Assembly (NCBI RefSeq): GCF_009914755.1
Contig: NC_060930.1
Source of the DNA: the human T2T-CHM13v2.0 reference genome, Homo sapiens
Direction: 5' to 3' (one strand)
DNA: 64,000 bases
The translations under genes were made by a program, and so were the position numbers. The notes under the pieces were generated by a model. It was not told where the DNA came from, searched no databases, and worked only from the letters and a program-made list of their open reading frames with translations. Below are positions 39,726-53,461 of this stretch, one piece after another; within the stretch, counting starts at the first letter, position 1; the number at the start of each line of letters is the position of its first letter.

Positions 39726-40254
39726 TTCAAAAAACATTCATTCTTTTTTAGGAATACATACATAACTTCTTCAGATTAGGGTCATCCAAGTGTAAAATTG
39801 TTAAGTTATTCCTACATGTTATTCAATGTTTCCAATTCTGGTATCTCATTTCAGCTCACAGCTTTTACTTTAACCACTTATCATCAAGAACCAAAGAGCT
39901 AATAATCCACTTTCTAGTGTACTGAATTGCACTTGTATAAACAGTGTCGAGTTTCTCTGTTATCTCTGTAATTTACTTTAAAATACTTCCGCAAAGATGT
40001 AGTACTATAAATGTGTGTGTTGGTTACTTTAAGCTACATGTAGGGTAGCTGAATACTTTAATCAATAATTCGTGGCCTAGGGGTGAATAGCAAATATTTA
40101 TGAGAAAGGTTGCCTCAGAGAAGGTTACAAGTGCTTCTGTATCCATGTTTCTGAAACACCTCAGACATCTTATTAACTGAATGTAAAACCTGGATTTTCA
40201 CTGGTGAACTTAGTGTTGTGTTAATAACCATAATGAAGTTTTTAAAAAGAAAGC

Positions 40255-41180
40255 GTGGCAACAGGATGGAACCTGAGGTCATTAAGTTAAGTGAAATAAG
40301 CCAGGCACAGGAAGACAAATGTTACATATTCTCACTCACATGTTGCAGCCAAAAAAAAAAAAAAATGGATTTCATGAGATACCCATGCAGAATATCTCAT
40401 TCTCCCCTTATGCAGGTTGTCTCTTTACTGTTACCAGAGGCTTGGGAGGAAAAGAGGGAGGTGGGGAGATAGTTTGCAAATATTTTCTCCTCTTATGCAG
40501 GTTGTCTCTTTACTGTTACCAGAGGCTTGGGAGGGAAAGAGGGAGATGGGGAGATAAAGAGAAGTTGGTTAGTGGGTATAAAATACAGTTAGGTTAGGCC
40601 GGGCGCGGTGGCTCACGCCTGTAATCCCAGCACTTTGGGAGGCCGAGGAGGGTGGATCACAAGGTCAGGAGTTTGAGACCATCCTGGCTAACACGGTGAA
40701 ACCCCGTCTCTACTAAAAATACAAAAAAATTAGCCGGGCGTGGTGGCAGGTGCCTGTAATCCCAACTACTTGGGAGGCTGAGGCAGGAGAATGGCGTGAA
40801 CCCGGGAGCTGACATCATGCCACTGCACTCCAGCCTGGGCGACAGAGTGAGACTCCGTCTCAAAAAAAAAAAAAAAAAATACAGTTAGATTAGACTTGGA
40901 AGTTCTGTGGAGAAAAATAAATAAATAAATAAAAATAAAAATACAGTTAGAATGAATAAGTTATTTGGTAGTACAGTAGGGAAATCACAGTTAATAGAAA
41001 TTTATGGTATATTTCAAAACAGTGAGAAGAATTGTAATGTTCCCAACACAAAAAAAAGATAAATATTTGAGGTGATGGATATCCCAGTTACCCTGATTTG
41101 ATCATTACACATTGTATACATGTAACAAAACATCAAATGTACCTCCAAAATATGTACAACTAAGGTATATGAATTTTTTT
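40255..41180 (+). mobile_element. L1MA 3' end with an internal duplication and nested insertions (AluY 40597-40879)
   Basis: gcaacaggatggaacctgaggtcattaagttaagtgaaataagccaggcacag...ggatatcccagttaccctgatttgatcattacacattg. Confidence 0.88.
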
Positions 41181-41339
41181 TTAATAATTCCTTTGGGGAA
41201 AAAAAAGAACTTTTTATGTAAGATGGTAGTCTCCTCATCTAAAATGAACACAGTCAGGATTTCATAGAGAATTCAAAATAAGTTGTATAAAATGGTTAAA
41301 TGCCTGCTTGCTAATAATTGCTTATTAAATAAGCAACTG

Positions 41340-41640
41340 GGCCGGGCGCAGTGGCTCATGCCTATAATCCCAGCACTTTGGGAGGCCAAAGCAGGGCGGA
41401 TCACAAGGTCAGGAGTTTGAGACCAGCCTGGCCAATGTGGTGAAACCCCATCTCTACTAAAAATACAAAAATTAGCCGGGCGTAGTGGCGGGCGCCTGTA
41501 GTCCCAGCTACTTGGGAAGCTGAGGCAGGAGAATTCTTGAACCCGGGAGACAGAGGTTGCAGTGAGCTGAGATCGAGCCACTGGACTCCAGCCTGGGACA
41601 CAGAGTAGAACTCCGTCTCAAAAAATAAATAAATAAATAA
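41340..41640 (+). mobile_element. AluS, followed by an MLT2-like fragment (~41646-41755)
   Basis: Full Alu with TSD aaataagcaactg, then ttcatgtgtcaacttgactg...ctggatgagattagca. Confidence 0.88.
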
Positions 41641-42571
41641 GCAACTGTGTTAATCTATTTCATGTGTCAACTTGACTGACCGCAGGGTGCCCAAATTAAA
41701 CATTATTTCTGGGTGTACCTGAGAAGGTGTTTCTGGATGAGATTAGCACTAGAATCTTCCAAACACGTCAAGCCTACTACATTTGGATTTCACTTTTAAA
41801 TCAGTAACCATCTGACACTAAAGTACTACTCATTGCCAGTTATTAATAACAAACAAACAAAAGGCTCTCTTAGAGATCTAACAGGGTTCCTAAATGTTGC
41901 CATTCTTAGAGCTATGAGGGCTGAAATGTTTCTAATACACATAGAACTTATAATTGCCATGATGCATGATTTCTTAGAGATAATTGTGTTGTTTACACTA
42001 TCTATCCTAAATGAAAACGGTATTAAATTTGTTAGTGTCTATAAAGGACATGTACTATATAAAGTTGTCCATAGGTACCTCATCCTGTGCACCAAAGCAG
42101 ACTTAGACATACAACAGAAAGGCATTTTAACGACTTTGGTAAGTGGTGCTATAACCAAGCATTGTAAATATTTCATTTGGGAATTTTTATCTCAGCTGAC
42201 TTTTGAAGCAATGCTAAGTTTTTTTCTTTTTCTTTGGCATCAGTTCAACAAGTATGTAAATAATTTGTTCGTGCATTTGTTATTTTTAACTACACATTTG
42301 TTCATATTCTGGATAAAGCCTGCATAAAAAATGTGCACATAAGGAATCACCTCCACTTGCAAAATGTTCTCTATATTTTTCAAGTTTCCACTTCGTGTAG
42401 TATAATGCTAAACATAAAATGATGGCAAGTGGTCATCTTGAGGAGGTTAGTACTTGGCTAAGTGATTTTTAGATAATAAATAATATTCATTCTATCTGCC
42501 CTAAAATAAACATATTGAAATATTTCTTTATTTGCTACATGATCTTCAAAAGATTTAAATTCTTAGCATAA

Positions 42572-43388
<817 letters not shown>

Positions 43389-44729
43389 CTACCATTGTTT
43401 GCTTGCTTTTTCAAAATTCCCTTAAAGAAAACTCAAAGGCTAAAGTTGAATGAAGTTCAACTCTGATATTGGCTTTGTTATTAACTGCATAACTAAAAAA
43501 TAATAATGTCTACCATAGTCCCTGAGGCATAATAAATATTTACTGAATGAATGAATTCACAAGTGATCATAAAAAATTAACCAAGCTTCATTGAAAAGGT
43601 AAAATTAAACAAATAAACATGAAATAGTAAATGATTTACCAGTTTCTCTTTGCAATGTTCATTTTCACTCTGCACAGAAGGTGGAGCCAAAGACATATTT
43701 ATCCACTGGCTGGAATTCTTTCCCACTCAACAAAGCAAAACAAATTCTTCCCTTTACAAATACCTTTTTGTGTAGTTTGGTTTACATAAGATTCGCTTGG
43801 AGGTAAATGTGGGCTACAAAAATGAGTTGAAATTTTACACAGCTCAAATCAATCTTTGATCCTTAAACATTTTTCAAGGATGATAGAATGCTAAGTAAAT
43901 GGGAAAGACGTTCTCAGTTAAGTTGAATACTTCAGGGTTATGAAGCGAATTGACGGACCCCAGAAACTTATCTTTTGAAAAAGGGATACCAGCACAAGTG
44001 GTAATACGATGAGAAATCTTCACTGCTCTGAAAGATGTAATTGACCAACAGTCACATAAAGAACACATTTTCTGGCAAGTTTTACCAATTTGGGTAGAGC
44101 ACTTCTAAACTTGCAAACTTATGACTTCCAAATTAACTTTTACTTCTTTCTTGCTGTCTGGTAAACGTTAGTTAAAATGGAAATTTGGTGCATAGAAAGG
44201 ATTATTCTGATGCGAAGGAAAGGAAATCTGTAAGATAATGCCATCTTATCTCATTACAAAATCAACCTACACCCGCCTAGTCTCAGATAGTCTTTCTATT
44301 CTTCTACAAATGCCTTGAATTGCCCCAGAGGGATTGCAAATTTTCTGATTCTTCTTCACTTACTTTCATCTCAGCCAGCTGATAACCTTAGCTACTTTGA
44401 GAAAATACCTTCAAACCCTAGTTTCATGCGGCCTATACTGTCTGAAAACATTTTCTTTATGTTGCACTCATTCTCTTTTTAACGGAGTAGCTGTCCTTTC
44501 AAAGTTAACTACTCCTCCAGTGCACAAGTAATATTTTCCCACAAATAAGCCCACTTGTAGCTATTTTAAATACCTTTCCCTTTCCCAGATGTTACCTTGC
44601 CTCTTTTTTCATTCTTTTTGTCTGCATTAAATGAGGAAATCCACCAAGGCTGTGTGTGTGCTTTTTGGTACACTGCCTATATCCCATCTCTTAGTAATTT
44701 CATCTGTACCTGTGGCTTCTAATTACAAA

Positions 44730-45268
44730 TCTTTTTTTTTTCTTTCTTTTTTTTTTCAGATCCTCTCACCTCAGCCTCCTGAGTAGTTGGGACTACAGAG
44801 GCCTGCCACTATGTCTAAATAACCTTTTTATTTGTTGTAGACACAGGGTCTCCCTATGTTGCCCAGGGTGGTCTTGAACTCTTGGGTTCAAGTTGTCATC
44901 CCACCTCAGCCTCCCAAGTGCTGGGATTACAGAGTTGAACCACTGTGTCTTCCCAATCACAAATCTTATAACAATTTTTTTTTTTTTTGAGACTGAGTCT
45001 CACTCTGTTGCCCAGTTGTAGTGCATTGGTGTTATCTTGGCTCACTGCAACCTCCACCTTTCAGGTTCAGGCAACTCTCGTGCCTCAGCCTCCCGGGAGG
45101 CTGGGACTACAGGTGTGTGCCACCACGCCCAGCTAATTTTTGTATTTTTAGTAGAGACGGGATTTCTCCATGTTGGTCAGGCTGGTCTCGAACACCTGAC
45201 CTCAGGTGATCTGCCCGCCTTGGCCACCCAAAGTGCTGGGATTACAAGCATGAGCCACTGTGCCCCGC
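44730..45268 (-). mobile_element. Partial AluJ (44730-44953) and AluS (44974-45268)
   Basis: Reverse-complement Alu text. Confidence 0.88.
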
Positions 45269-47179
45269 TGTAACAATTTTAAAGTGAACGCCACAGCTCC
45301 TGTTTTAAATTGTCAGTCATCGGTCTTTACCTAGATATTTCAGTTCTTCATACCAAAATATTTCAAACAAATCTTTGTATCTCTTTCAGCAGGTCAGTCC
45401 CTCCCCGAGCTTCCTTTTTTTGTGTTAGTAACATTTTCCCAATCAAAACTCCAAAAATCGGTTTCCACAGCCTCCTCTTCCTTGTCTTCCCATTCATCCA
45501 TCATCAAGTTCTGGTAATTCTACCTTCCTTTCCTTTCTTTCTGCTAGTATTGCCTTTCAAGTTCCTATAGCTTACTGCTCTCCCATTACAATACTCTTCT
45601 TACAAGTCTAATCCGGAGCCACCAATTATTTAACGTTTATGCTACTCAATGAGGTGAAAGTAATCCATCAGAGTTTATGTGGGATAGGCATTTAAAGGCC
45701 TTAAAAATCACTCCATTCATTTCTTAAAATTTCAGAAATTCCTATTTTGAAACAAAGGTAAAAATCCAAAAAAGGAGGTGGTTCTCATATTAAGAAATAT
45801 TTCTCACAATTCTGAAAAAAACTTACCCTCCATTGTGCCAACAATGTGCATTTTGCAAAATATATATAGCTACATGGAGAAAACAGAATCAAAGGCCTGG
45901 CAGGTCATTTGGCCTAAAGAAGCCCTGCAGAAGACAGAAACTGTAAATAACTGTTTCTAGTTCTCCAAAGAGCAGTGTTAATCAGGCTGCATCCATTTCT
46001 TCTACATAGACAAGGTCTGGCAATCAGAGAAGACACAGTTCTAGGAAGTCAGTGTTTATATTAAAGAAATGGCATTGACATTTCTGAGAATATGAGAAAA
46101 ACACATTTAAAAAAAAAAAACTATTCCACAATTTTTGCAAAACATTCCAATGGAGACAAGCTTCTAAGGTCAGATAAGTGAGATACTTTTGAACAATTTT
46201 GCTATTGATAAAAATATAACTCACCAACACTGCTAGAGTATGAGTTATAATAGAAGTTGCTACCTGTCATTTAGAGACCCTGTTAGTTGTCCATGAGAGA
46301 AAACTGTGGGGCCTTTTGCAAAACCTAGTTTGTCTTGCACATGATTACTCATAGCATTGCATTTCAGTGCCATTATCCCAAAAGAAGAGAAGCTTCTTCA
46401 GAATGTCTTATCAATGATATTTTCATGAAATCATGTTGAGATCTTGTATCAATGATCATGGAAAAATGATTTTAGAAAGAAAAGACATAGTACGTTCATG
46501 TATTAAGAGAAGTAACTAATTACTGGCTCATGCTATGAGTAATTCCTTTGGCTCAGAAAATAGTTCAAGTGATATCCATGAATAATTTAACTTGTTATAA
46601 GGAAGTTCTTTAGCTCTATTTCCAATTGGTCACATAGGTAATAGATTAAAAAGAAAAGAATACTTTACAAGAATATTTAAACATCAACATTCATCTATAG
46701 ACCTAACAAAACATAACAGAAATAAACACAATTTTTTTTGCTTTAAAAATCCTATTATAAAACAGTCAATGACAACTTTTCTTTCATGTAACTTATTCTG
46801 AATTAGCATCATGGTAATGTTTTTTATAATTGTAGTTGATAAATAATTTTACAAAAATAAATTGTTATGTAAATTAAATGAAGCATACTTTTTTGAAAAG
46901 AAGACATGTATTTTCTTACGATAAAAAGAATAAATCATTTTCATGAATATGTTCTAAGTCCAATGAAATAATTTTTAGTTAAGACAAAACAATAGATTTA
47001 TTTAAAGAACAATATAAATACAAGACCAAAACAACATTTATAGGTTGCTGAACCTGAAGACTCGAAAGTCAGGTTACAATTTCTACTTCCAGAAGATTGT
47101 TTTTCCCCTTTCTTAATTTAAAGAAAAATGTACTCTTGGAAATAGGATAGCCAACAAGTAAAAGCAAAATTGTTCCTTA

Positions 47180-47390
<211 letters not shown>

Positions 47391-47695
47391 ACCTGCAACA
47401 TTTCAAAAGATGTTATATTAGTCATTTCAGTGAAAGTTTAATTAGGGAACGGTGTCTACCAGAATATATTTGGCATCCTTCTTTTTTCTGGTATTTGCCT
47501 GAGTGAGAAAAGTGTTAGGAATAGGAAGGCCAGATGAGTTTGCTTTCCCTCCAGAGAATACTGGCCAAGAAATTTCCTGTCCAACCTCAGGAGCATCACT
47601 GAAGCCTGTTTATGAGGAATTGTCCTACCACAACACTGTGTTATGGCATTTGGGAAGCCCTCAGAGGAGCTGCCTGCTCTAAGATTGAGGCCACA

Positions 47696-47702
47696 TGACT
47701 CA
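47696..47702 (+). promoter_or_regulatory. Distal AP-1 site (TGACTCA), ~1 kb upstream of the GJA1 TSS
   Basis: Perfect consensus. The position agrees with the recalled distal AP-1 site of the human Cx43 promoter. Confidence 0.65.
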
Positions 47703-48549
47703 GGCCATTATAAACCCTAATGCAGAGCCCTGAAGAGGGAGAGCATTTGGAAGGGGATAGGGAAGCACATAAAGATGATATGCTCAGCTTTACTGTCGTT
47801 GGGCAGAAAACTCTCTAGTGGGCTTGAGAGGGGGAACTGATTTTAAGGAGGGCTGAATAGTTTGGGAACCTACTTAATGCAACCATAGTCTGTATTTTTA
47901 AAATCCTCACATTTCACTACAGATTTGGGTTTTAGTGTCTTGGCATAAATAGGGCCTTAATATAAATTCTTAGTTTTCTGGAGACATGGTAGAGGTCAGA
48001 TATCAAGATTTCATAGGCAAACAAAACATGCTATATATGTAAAAAATGTATATACACACACAGCCTTTTGCTAAACTGAAAGAAAGTAAAAATTCAAAGC
48101 AGTCAAGGGGTTGAAAGATGGATTGGGTATGGACTTTTCTTCATCTATGTCAATTTTTGAAATCTCTCTCCCATCTCCACCATTCCCTTTGTTAATTGTC
48201 CTTGCTTACATTTAAAGGAAGGGAATTAGATCATCAAACAGGTCACTCACACCTACCTCTAACTTCACACACCTTGGTCAATGTGAAACAAGCTTGAACT
48301 GGTTATATGCTTCCCCACCATTTTTATTTATTGTAAGCTACTTTAAAAATTTTAGACAATGTTGTAATAAAAATATACACCTTTTTCCCCCATTATCCCT
48401 GGTCTTCTGGTGAAGCAAGCAGTGTAATCAATGATTCTTATGTGTGAGGAGCAACTCCAAGTAGAGGCGTTCATGTCCCTAATGCTTTTTTATTTTTCCT
48501 CATCAGCAAATTTAAACTACAACTTTATCCTGATCCCACTGCTGCTCTT

Positions 48550-48704
48550 TGCCTCTTCTCCCCCCAGCCCTTCCACATTTACCAGCCTCCTCCCTACCTC
48601 CTCCCAGCCTTTCCCTTTGCCCTCCCCTTTCTTCTAGCCCCTCCTCCCAGTTGAGTCAGTGGCTTGAAACTTTTAAAAGCTCTGTGCTCCAAGTTACAAA
48701 AAAG
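48550..48704 (+). promoter_or_regulatory. GJA1: GJA1 proximal promoter: CT-rich Sp1/Sp3 boxes, AP-1 site, TATA-like box
   Basis: Repeated CCTCCTCCC boxes; TGAGTCA at 48652-48658; TTTTAAAA at 48671-48678, about 30 nt before the start of exon 1. Confidence 0.85.
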
Positions 48705-48886
48705 CTTTTACGAGGTATCAGCACTTTTCTTTCATTAGGGGGAAGGCGTGAGGAAAGTACCAAACAGCAGCGGAGTTTTAAACTTTAAATAGACAGGTCT
48801 GAGTGCCTGAACTTGCCTTTTCATTTTACTTCATCCTCCAAGGAGTTCAATCACTTGGCGTGACTTCACTACTTTTAAGCAAAAGA
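48705..48886 (+). other. GJA1: GJA1 exon 1 (non-coding 5'UTR; TSS approximate)
   Basis: Matches the recalled GJA1 mRNA 5'UTR. Donor aaaaga|gtaagt at 48887. No upstream ATG. Confidence 0.9.
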
Positions 48887-49789
48887 GTAAGTTTTTAAAA
48901 AATGAGAACACGTTACCTATTAGTTTCTTTTTCTACAAGTAAAACTTTTCTAAAGTTTTAAAATGTGTTAAATGTAATTTTGAATTATGATACTGTAAAT
49001 GGATTGATGGATTTGAAAGTGTTTCTATAGTTTTAAAGTTAAAATTTATTGTACCAAATATATATTTTGACTGTTAAAAAAGTTTCTATTAACATTGCAA
49101 CAGGTGAAAAGGTTCAAACCTTTCCGATTAGAATAAAGGATTAGTTTACTGGATGTTTGGTTTTTCATTTTAGAGTATCATTTTATTTTGTTTTTTTTTT
49201 GTAATCAGTAATAGTCTAGGTGCTATCATTTGTTGGGTGGGGGGGGGGCGGTTAGGCGCCTGGGTTGGGGGATTTGACTGACTACATCGGAAAAATCAAA
49301 GTGCAAATTTGCTTAGCGTGCTTCCTATAGTATTCTACACTTCATAGAATAAAGTGCTTTTTTCATATGGAAATCTTGATTGATGTTCTATAGCTTTGCA
49401 AAGCCAACTTCTTTTGTGACGAAGTGCTTTGTTAAAACATCGTGGTTACTTGACTTCCACGTGGTTCCTTCCTAGAATTTTCCCCATTAAACAAAAAGGT
49501 ATAAAATTCAAGAGTATTAATATTATGCTTTAAAAATCAACAGTAAATTGTTACTTTGTGTTAGCAACCGCTATGGAAAGATTTGAGACCCTCAGGAGAG
49601 ACAGCTTTTACTCGACCACGTTGGCAGTTTAGGAGATGAAATCTCTTGAATGGGTGGTGGCTAGTTACAGAGCATTAGAGATCAGACGTTTAAAAAAGAG
49701 TGTATGCCAGGGTACTTTTCCAAAACCGTCTCCTAAAACGGGAGCTCCTAGAAAGAGCAGGAAAAAAACTTTCTTAAACAGCGCTTTGG

Positions 49790-51060
49790 GAGCTCCCCCC
49801 GCCAACACCCGCCGCCCCGCACCTTCCCTCTGCTCGAACCTGTAACAGAATTCAGAACTCTGGGGCAGTTCTTTGGAGTTGGAGCTCCTAGGGCAAAGAT
49901 AACGCTAATGCGTTGTTTAAAAGGGTTCAATTTTTAAAATACTTTTATTGGTAACACCCATTCTGTTCATCAGAAATGCAGCCATGCATTTTTGTGCCCG
50001 GTAAAGATTTTCTGTTCTGTGTAAATCTACAAACTAAAATAATTAGTTTAGATTCTTGACGTGACCCTGCAGTGGAAGTATTTGCACCAGTGAATGCTGA
50101 AAAGCAAATAAAAATGAAAGCTTTGCGGAGGCCGTGGGCCGGACGGGCGCGGGGCGCCTCCTGCCATCTTAGCGTCTGCCGGGATCCTTCCCGCGCCTTC
50201 GCTGCCCGAACCAGCTCGGTCTTGGGACGTTTCCCCCAAATCCTCACAAGTCAAATCGAACTCAGGTCCGAGTTCGTCACTGCAAAGGAACCCGGGGTGC
50301 GGGGTGGGAGGGATAGGAGGAGAGATGGGCTGGGTGCCAAATGGTAGAACAAATGGTTGATTTAATTAAAGTTGTCAATCTAATTTCCCATCCCTCTCAC
50401 ACCAGCCCTTTTTTTTTTTCTTTTTCTTTTTTCCTCTTAAACTTGCTGAATCCCACTATCTCCGCGTTGGTAAGAAAACCTGAATACCTTGGGAATTGTG
50501 CTTAAATTGCACTTGCAACTCCCCTGGAAGTTCCTGAAACTTCCCGAGAATGAGGCGGGGCGGCTCAAGGGGAAAGGGCAGGGAGGAGAGACCCTCGGGA
50601 AGCTGATGACGCGTCCGGGGCAAGTCAGCCTGTTTCCGAGACGCGCGCCTCACGGTCGTAGCAGCGCTGCGCCCACCCTGCCCCTTTAGTGACCCAGCCA
50701 GCCTTTGCTGGGGGTTTCTGATAACGCTCATCGATAAGCTCTCCTTGCTCCCAAAAGGCGTGCTTCTCTTTCTCTCCAGGTACAAAGTAGGGGTGGGAAG
50801 GGGAGAGCTACACAATGTTGTAAAAAGAAGCGTGGCTTTATTTGGAAGACGGTTGAATTTCTTTTGCTTCCTCGACCCAGTTAGTAACGACAAGAAAGAT
50901 ACTGAATATCGCCCTCCGAAAATCGGGCGCATTTGAACTCGGTGAAAAGTGTCCCTGTGAGGAAGCCTAATGTTTACTTTTGTGCAAGGATAACTGGAAA
51001 TTAAAGCGTCTAGTAATGCAGAGATTTCATTAAGCGAGCGCTCCCCTCCCCCCCGCGCCA
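49790..51060. promoter_or_regulatory. Intronic CpG-rich region
   Basis: Visible CpG clusters (ggacgggcgcggggcgcc, gacgcgtccgg, acgcgcgcctcacggtcg) in non-repeat DNA, against a CpG-poor background. Confidence 0.7.
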
Positions 51061-52069
51061 GGAATGAAATAAGCCAGTTAGACAGAAAACACTTTTGGGA
51101 GAAGACTAATTACTTCTGGGTAGGCCGAATTGACTGGAAATTATACCAAGCAAAGGCAGTACATTCCATTCCGTCCTGGCGATGTTGATTCTATATTATT
51201 AGAACATTGTTCCCCCAGTGTGGGGGTGCTTTGTACTTCCCAAAGTCAGGGTAGACTGGTTACCTGGGAAAATGCAGTGTTAGTGCTTTGCTCCTACTTT
51301 CTTCACTGTTTAAACATGTTCCACATTTTTCTAATGCCTTCTGAGGGTTCTCAACCCAGCCACTGAGTTCCTCACCCTTGGCGACTGTGATACCAACAAT
51401 GCTGTCACCCTCCTTGGGAAACATGGTTGCAAAGATGCTCCGCAGGAGGCAGATAAAAGGCTGTGCTTTCAGATACTGAAGGTTGCTTTGTTACTTAGAT
51501 GTTTCCAATTCCTGCATAGAGAAGGAGGGAAAACACGGGGTGCATTCTTTCTTTTCTTTTCTCTACATCCAGGGGTGTAGCTTGGTTTGAGCCTTTATAT
51601 ATGATACCCGCAGGGAAGGGAATGATAGGACAGTCACCAGTGATTAATACCTTCCACTCCGCCTTTCCTGTTGTTCTGACTTATCTTCAGGATTCTCAGT
51701 TATTTGAAGAGATGTGTGGGAGCTTATCCGCACACACCAGTTCAACTCTGGAGAGAAAAAGTAATTATCTAGTGTTTATTATTAATGTAATATTCTGTAT
51801 GGATAATTCAAGTTTTAAAAAATCTCCAGAGCATCTCTTCCATGGGAGATTAATGTATATATTTTTTAAATTCTTAGCATAATTGTCTAAACCTCCATCT
51901 AAAGTCACCTTTTAACTATGTATGTACAGATTGTCTTTTACCTATTTTCAAACTGTGGTTAGCTCTTTTTTTTTAATACATCAGTGGCTTATACAATTTC
52001 ATAAATTTCACATTCCAATTTCCCTATGCTTTTAAAATAATATTTTAAGAAAAATATATGTTTATCGTC

Positions 52070-52210
52070 AGCTGGGCATGATGGCTCATGCCTGTAATCC
52101 TAGCCCTTTGAGAGGCTGAGGTGGGAGGATCGCTTGGGGCCAGGAGTTTAAAACCAGCCTGAGCAACATAGCAAGACCCCACCTCTATAAAAAAAAATTT
52201 TAAAAAGAAA
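52070..52210 (+). mobile_element. FLAM/Alu monomer
   Basis: Single Alu arm; TSD aagaaaa..t(a/g)tatgttt. Confidence 0.85.
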
Positions 52211-53423
52211 ATGTATGTTTGTCAATCATTTCTTAGTTGCTGTTTTGCTAAAGAAAAGATGAAAAATTTAAAACCAAATGAGCTATATCTAAAGGTCGTC
52301 TAAAGAGTAAGAACCAAACTTTACTGAGCTGTTACTAAGAGCATCACATGCATGAGTTATTTATTAAATTCTCATTGAAAAAAATAGACTATCTTAATCA
52401 ATACACTTGTGAGGGCCCTAAGGGTGTCTTTATATGATTATAAAATAACAAGGCTATTCACTAAAAATAGTCAATTTGGAGGTGGAAGTAAGAGTAGGGG
52501 CAGAGGAAACGCCAAGGACTGATAGAAATATATTAAGTTACATCACAATTGAAGAACATGGCTTTTAGCCTCAGCTTCTGACTTGGGATTTTCTCTCTGG
52601 TAGCCCTAAATTGATCTTGAGAAACTTGTTTTGGGGGAGAATTGAGTAGTAGCTGTTGAACTAGGGAGAGGATTGTCTTTTATGGGATGCACCATCCTCT
52701 CTTTGGATGGAGTTCCTCACACCTCAATTCCCATCTCATCTCATTAAGTGGATGCTAATGTAAGTTCAGTGATGAGGAGGGGTAAGAGCTGGGGAAGGAA
52801 GGCTTGTTGGTGTTTTTATGTTGTCCTCCCCTCTGCCCCCAAAATAAGCAGTTCACAACATCAAATACCTACACAAATGTGCAATTATTTATAAATATAT
52901 TTTTACATACAGTAAGTTTGATACACTATAGTTAGGCCATCTAGGTATAAATAAGGAAGTAAAGGTTGGGTATTATCTGATGAACTGGGAATCTTTTCCA
53001 TGGTACTTGAATCTAATCACTTTAGTGCCTGCATAGACTCAGACTGTAAAGATGTTACATTAACCAGGGTTAATATCAACTGCTGCTCTTCCCCTTCAGA
53101 GCCCTAGCCTTCCCCGATATTTATCATTCTTGAAATAAACACGATTTTAAACAGGCTATTTCTTCTTGTAATAGTGTCCTTGTCTACAATAAAATTGTGT
53201 GGTGCAATCGGAGTTAGAACATCGTAGAACTAGGGGACAACCACACAGTTGTGTTTTTTCCTTTTTTTTTTTGTTTTGTGTTTTAAATCTTAACCTGCAA
53301 CAACCTAACAGTGAACTGAATGTACAAGCATGATACCTGATGCAGTTCTACAAGAATCCTAACCCTCATTAGGATCTCATTTAACAAATTCAGGAAGCTC
53401 TTTGTTAAAAAGCCTTTTTTCTT

Positions 53424-53461
53424 TTTTCTTTTAAGCCTGTCAAATTTAGCAGTGGGGGTTG
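53424..53461 (-). pseudogene. Y4 RNA (RNY4) 3'-fragment retropseudogene
   Basis: The minus strand reads CAACCCCCACTGCTAAATTTGACAGGCTT plus an A-rich tail, versus the recalled hY4 3' end CAACCCCCCACTGCTAAATTTGACTGGCTT. 17-bp TSD aaa(a/g)agccttttttctt at 53407-53423 and 53463-53479. Confidence 0.85.

Noticed and set aside
41833-42327. 164-aa ORF in non-repeat DNA
   Set aside because: TTG start, AT-rich composition, and no recognisable motif or exon structure.
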